50,177 nt of DNA, from assembly GCA_032718475.1 (NCBI GenBank), contig JAUCBJ010006108.1:1-50177 (forward strand), written 5' to 3'. Position numbers and translations under genes: made by a program. How positions within the stretch are numbered: the first letter of the stretch is position 1; every line of letters starts with the position of its first letter. Source of the stretch: Nemertoderma westbladi. Taxonomy: Eukaryota > Animalia > Xenacoelomorpha. Positions 44,711 through 50,177 of this stretch are shown here, in pieces. The notes below the pieces were generated by a model. The model was given only the letters and a program-made list of their open reading frames with translations. It had not been told where the DNA came from and made no database searches.

Positions 44711-46829
44711 ACGTATCTGCACTGCCAGCCCCTCACAAAATGATTTCCATAATGCAAACTTCATACATAACTGCTTCCGACTACAAAACACTAACATCAA
44801 ACAAAAACGCGCCCGCATCATGGAATTCTATAATGTCAAATGAAAATGACATGTCATATATTACCACCCACCTACTATCATGGCTCGCCCCACCACACTT
44901 TCCTGTACTCAGATTCTAACAGCTACCCTAGTCCATATATATTGCTATGTAATTAACTATCTGTGCTTCGATTCCTTTTTATTTATTGCTTACTTACAGT
45001 TGTACTGTACAATTGTGCAACTTTACTTATCAATTTAATTGATTAAAACAAATGAAATGAATGTTTGATTCATATATGTCAATCTTCAGAAACATTTACT
45101 TGTATGATAATCTGTAAATAACTTGTAAATAAAGAATATATACGATCGAAAGTCTCCTGTTAAATTGATACTAATATAATTTTCGACTTCATAGAGTCAC
45201 TTCGACAAAATACACGTTGCTAAACAATTTTTGTGTAGAAGTGTCAGTGCTGTGAAGTAAAAGTAAAGGCCGTTAGGCCAGGGGAATTACGCACGAAGTC
45301 TGACGACTTATTTCCAGTGCGGTCCCCCCCGGAACTATACTCCCCAGAGGAAACCACTACAATAATGCGACCACTACACCAAGATGGTACCTATACCGAT
45401 TACGATTCAACTTGAAAAACAGAATGTTTGAAAACAAAAAAAAATATGTTTCTGAATCATAATCCTAATCCTAAAAGTCTTCAATCAATGTGTTATATCC
45501 ACTATGGAATACTAATAGTTTCGATGTAGGTGAATTGGAGTTTAAAGCCCTGTGGTATAAAACCTAATATACTTAAAAATAAAACTTAATATTTACATAT
45601 TTTCGCAAACAACCGTACAAATTAATTTTCTAGTTGAACAATAAATGTTCGCGCTTTTAGACCTTTAGCAGTTTAACCTGCTAATTTAAATGTCTTTTAA
45701 TTGTAAATCGACTATTGCCCTTACCAATTACTGAATTTACATCCGCCGAAGCCAGCCCGTGCGCGGCGTATGACTCACTGTGTGGGAGACTGGATTCGGG
45801 TCCAGAGAAGGTTATTGCAGTGTAGGCTACTTTGTATTATTCGATTGATTGCTACTATATAATCTCCGACAACTATATTTACTTTCGGGGAAATATTAAC
45901 AGTTCCTTTGGGACGTGGCGCTTTAAGTATAAAAACAGAGTTATGACTTACACTAATCACAACTGGAGGCTATAGAATCTCGCAAATAGCGCATTCTTTA
46001 GGAAATGCTTTATTAACCTTCACACTAATTCACTAATTTGCCGACCGTCACTGATTTTGATCATATATAAGGAGGATTGCAACTGACATAAGTAGGGATT
46101 ATGAAATAGCATTTAATTCACATAAAAACCACTACAATTTGAGTCGCAGTTGCTACCGGTACACCCTTCTGCTTACCTCAGTAATTAAGAAAGTTGAGGG
46201 GTTTACGATTATTTATCGGTATTCTCCAAATATAACATCCATTAATATAAACAGCAATTAACAATATAAAACAGCATTAAGACAGTGCGGTGAACAGAGT
46301 CAGTATGTGTTGTTATGATCGTGTTACTTTACGTATGTGCGAAGATTTGCGTTCTTATGACTCTAGCCATCACATGTTCTTGGGTAAAGTCTGAAACGTT
46401 AAAACTTCTGACTGAATCCAGAATGAAATAGGATTGTAGGAACAACTGCCGCATTACGCCATTTTCCATAGGGCTCTATTGGCATAACCAGGAAGGTTGC
46501 TCTGATTGGCTGAAATATGTCCAAACAAAGAAACCTCCACCTACACAAAGAATCAGCTGGCAGATTTCGTCATCTCAGTTCATTTTCTGACAGACACGTA
46601 GCAGAACAATTCCAGGCCCTTTTAGAGTATTCAGCGCATTGCGTAAAAATGACTTGTTATGTCCGGAAAAGCTTTTACAATAAACTCAACAAAATAATAT
46701 GATATATATATATATATATATTTGCAATCAATCTACTTAGTGATATATGCGTTGTTTTGTTGTGCTTGTATATTGTTAGATGCTGTTCTATTGATCGATA
46801 ATAATAATAACAATATGTTTTTTTCTTAC

Positions 46830-46947
46830 AGTTTCTAATTGCCGAGTCATTGAGGTAGCGGTTTTGTAAAGGGCAGGTAGGAAAGTATGTCGGCCAGGGT
46901 AGAATCCTGGGTTTAAAGTAACCATTAAACCCTTGTATTCTGCATCT
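46830..46947 (-). CDS. Host exon, beta/gamma-crystallin domain protein
   Basis: TTTCAG acceptor and GTAAGA donor; (T)DAEYKGLMVTLNPGFYPG...ATSMTR; completes the split codon from exon 47922-48070. Confidence 0.75.
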
Positions 46948-47921
46948 CTGAAAATAAATATATTAAACATGAAATCATTTCAATTTCTGAAAATGAATCT
47001 TTTTCAGGAATATACTACAGAACAGGGTTGTGATGGGATCCGAGTTGGCAAAAGATCCCGACTGGTGTGCGTGTTTGCGTCATATGGAGAATACGCGTCG
47101 CCGAGTTTGCTAGGCTACTGAAAGGCTGTAGTTGGAACTGAAAGGCCGAAGGCTGTTGAAATAACTGAGTTTGTAGTTATTGCTGTTCGTAATATCTGAT
47201 AAGCACAATCAGTCTAACATAACAATAGCAGTAATATTGATTGACAGCGACGACGACGGTTAAAAACCGTCTGACTTCTACACTCAATGTAGCCAACTGA
47301 GGCACAATTAACAGAGTAAGGGTTACATATATTACATGGGATATACATTCCTACCTAGGTTTGGCCTACCAGTGAATGCACGATAATTGATGGTGATCCG
47401 CCCTATCATTGGTTGATCTATTCTCTGGCCAATCCCATTTTCCCCTGGCCTTATGCTAGCCTCCCCCTGAGATAAGCTAATGTGCTGGCATCTCTATCTC
47501 TAGCTGGCAGTTTATAATGCCCTGGTGTCTTCGGTATGCCATATTATATTGGTAATATCGCATATCCAAATATGATTCGTAAATTATGCCTTTCCCCATT
47601 TTCCGCTGGGTGGTGCAGCGAATTGGATCCGCTGACAAGGGTGGGTATCCAAGAGAAAATGATACTTAAAGATAAAATTATAAATTTAGTGAAATATTAA
47701 GATACAGCGGCACATTATTGTAAACACAACAATAAATTAAAGTCGATGAATGTAACAGATTTATAAATTTAACAATTATATATTTGAGAGTAATCAGCTG
47801 TTATTTGCGTCGATTTTCCCATGGAGAATGTCGAATTACCTTGAAATTTGTTGCTTGTTTGGCATCCGTCCGGCAAAATAAGAAATGTCCCCTTCCAAAC
47901 TCATTTCAAATAAATACTCAC

Positions 47922-48070
47922 GTAAAAACTTTCCACTGTCCATCTGCTACTATAGCACTTGAAGCCTTGTTGTTGAATGTCGGAGTATAAGCTGCTAAAT
48001 TCGGTGTATCGCTGTCATGTCTAAAAACTAGACCCTCGAAAGCCTGATCACCGAATAAACTGATTGTATT
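47922..48070 (-). CDS. Host exon, beta/gamma-crystallin domain protein
   Basis: TTTCAG acceptor and GTGAGT donor; NTISLFGDQAFEG...FNNKASSAIVADGQWKVF; phase-2 end joins the next exon as WKVFTDAEYKG. Confidence 0.78.
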
Positions 48071-48180
48071 CTGAAATAATATATTAAATTTTAAATTATT
48101 TCAAATTATCTAGGAAAATTATTAAAGCACTGGCAATGGCAAAATATATGTGACTTCCAGCTGGGCATTCTATCAACCAT

Positions 48181-48740
48181 ACTACTACTAGAATTGGCAT
48201 GCTGCATTGCAACTGCATATTTAGAATACTGTGCCGGTCTGTCGACAAAATTGCGTCGCCACAACTCCTTATCACCAATGACATTTGCTAGATCATCCGC
48301 ACCTTCAAGGCCGGTGTACGTTAAGATGCATCTCAAGAAAGTCATGGCCTGTCCACCATACCATGCTTATTCTCTCCATGAGGCTGCCAAAGTACAAGAT
48401 TATCACGGCGAACTCAATGTCCTGCAAAGCGGAGGCGGCTTTGTTCAAGTGTCAAGCTTGGGGGAACAAATGAGACACCTCCAATGTTATATAGTGTCTA
48501 GTTGGAGATGTGTGTATTGTACTTAACACAGTGAACCCGGCGTAGCATTCTTGTGAATGTGCCATCCAGAGATTTGGTGTCCTCAGCAGTTAGAGCCCAG
48601 CATGGACTCCCATAGAGGAGTACTGGAACTACTGCTGCTCTAAATAATCGGACCTTAAGTTTCCGATTAATTCTATGTGACTTCCAAATCCTGTAAAGCC
48701 AGTTCAAGGCTGCCCATGCCTTTCCCTTACGTTTCTTTCA
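48181..48740 (-). mobile_element. Second, shorter 5'-truncated copy of the RTE-like LINE at 6295-7590
   Basis: Highly similar to ~6300-6863; (TAG)n tail; 11-bp TSD CTATCAACCAT at 48170-48180 and 48741-48751. Confidence 0.9.
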
Positions 48741-50177
48741 CTATCAACCATGGGTAACTGTAGAAGATAATATATTTATTAGTTCCCCTTTAGGGGAAAC
48801 GTATTTTCACTTTATAAGACTATATTTAGGACAATACTTAATCATGATACTGTTAAAATTAAAGGCTTCGCTTGAATCATTTTGAAATATTGTTATAATG
48901 TATGGTAATTATTCAATGGGTTAGGGTGTGATTCAATGGCCGGCAAACACGGGTCTAAACACGATTGTCCAGATTATCAGTGGTGCTAAATTATAGAGAG
49001 GAACCTGGGTTCGGTGTCATAATAAAATTTCGGTTCGACGTAACAGCGATATTATTAATCCTAAGCTCAGCAATGCGAATAAAGCAAATAAATCAATTAA
49101 CAATATTCAATAACATGTACACTACAATGTGAGTAATAATCAAATTAATGTATAATATGATTTTATATGTATAATATTGCAATAATTTATATTATAATAT
49201 AATAATTCCAGTCAATAAAAGCTTGACTGGGTCTTACAATGACCATAGCTTAGCATTGGATACAAACTAAAGTGCCAGTCTATGCACTAGTTGGAGTTTA
49301 TATACGAATGGGCTGAAAGTGGCAACTAACGACATCCAGCATCACCATGTGGTTTAAGGAGGCACCTGCTACAGTACTATAGAACAAATGTGAGGACAAT
49401 GACGCTAGGTGGTGTCTCCATCAACTAAATCAGGCCTGGGTGTAGCTTTTTAATAGAAATTAATTATTAACCAGTAACACAGATATGGGCAATAAAAATC
49501 TAGATTACTCAAAATAAGTAAAATAAAACTGCAGAGAACACCTATGCAGCAACAGGTTTGGCATCATACTCACAGCTGAGATTGTTAGTGACATTTGTGG
49601 GAGTGTACCTGTACATAGTTGAGGTGTAAACATTAGAACAGTCAGATCAATTTATATTTTAATTGATATTTCTGTTGATATTGATTAAGAAAAAATTAAA
49701 TTGGTAATTTTAGTTAATTCATTGTTCGATTCAAATGAAGGAGGACAGTTTACAGAAATATCCAAACATATTTAGCTTAATATACTACTCGTTTATACAG
49801 GTTAGAGTTATAGCTGGAAGCACATTTTATACCTGCCTTTATTGGATGTTTGTACATTATAAAATGTAAGTACAGTACAACAGTAAATTATTAATAACCT
49901 AATAACTCACTGCAGTACAGTAGGCCTACTATTGTATGTATTTTTACAGTGTGATATGAAACAATCTACACTACAGAAGTATGGTCTCCTACCCCCCTTG
50001 AAATAACCGTTTATCCACAAAGTCGCACGTAGATTGCAGATTCAACATAGAATACAGAGGTCTTCACTATTCCCATAACCAACCACTATAGAAATAATAT
50101 TTCATACAATTGCGCAAGGCCAAATTCTATGAAAGTACATAGCTAGAATGAATATGAATAACATGAATAAGATACAA

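Larger units (their letters stand above)
40180..45140 (+). mobile_element. Degraded CR1/L2/RTEX-type LINE, interrupted at ~40900-42670
   Basis: ORF1-like RRM, APE and RT remnants in order; AATAAA near 45128; boundaries approximate. Confidence 0.8.

Noticed and set aside
49320-50090. Further short host exons on the minus strand
   Set aside because: Splice-like signals are present, but I could not assemble a consistent frame or recognise a domain.

Overview
Eukaryotic (invertebrate-like, AT-rich) genomic window dominated by nested mobile elements. Positions <1-~38842 are a decaying Polinton/Maverick (adintovirus-like) endogenous DNA virus: pPolB, TBP-like ORF, adenain-type protease, major capsid, PZ-like core, two penton paralogues, rve integrase, pX-like protein, packaging ATPase and a RING protein. 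It appears to sit in an intron of a host beta/gamma-crystallin-domain gene (three minus-strand exons found to the right). One penton gene is split by a very large BEL/Pao LTR retrotransposon (11638-33237, minus strand, 2.1-kb LTRs, TSD ACCAA). Its gag is in turn split by a 2.3-kb non-autonomous LTR element (25576-27864, TSD GAGTT). The BEL element is the most unusual part. It has an extra ORF with a DEDDy 3'-5' exonuclease domain and three CCHC knuckles, and a tRNA-derived Pol III-type box pair in each LTR. It lacks a canonical PBS. It also carries 12 same-orientation copies of a 20-nt hairpin/palindrome motif, scattered through non-coding DNA and all three reading frames of its genes, one copy with a compensatory base-pair change. 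Two RTE-like LINE fragments and a degraded CR1/L2/RTEX-type LINE complete the window. All family assignments come from motif recognition by eye; no database search was run.
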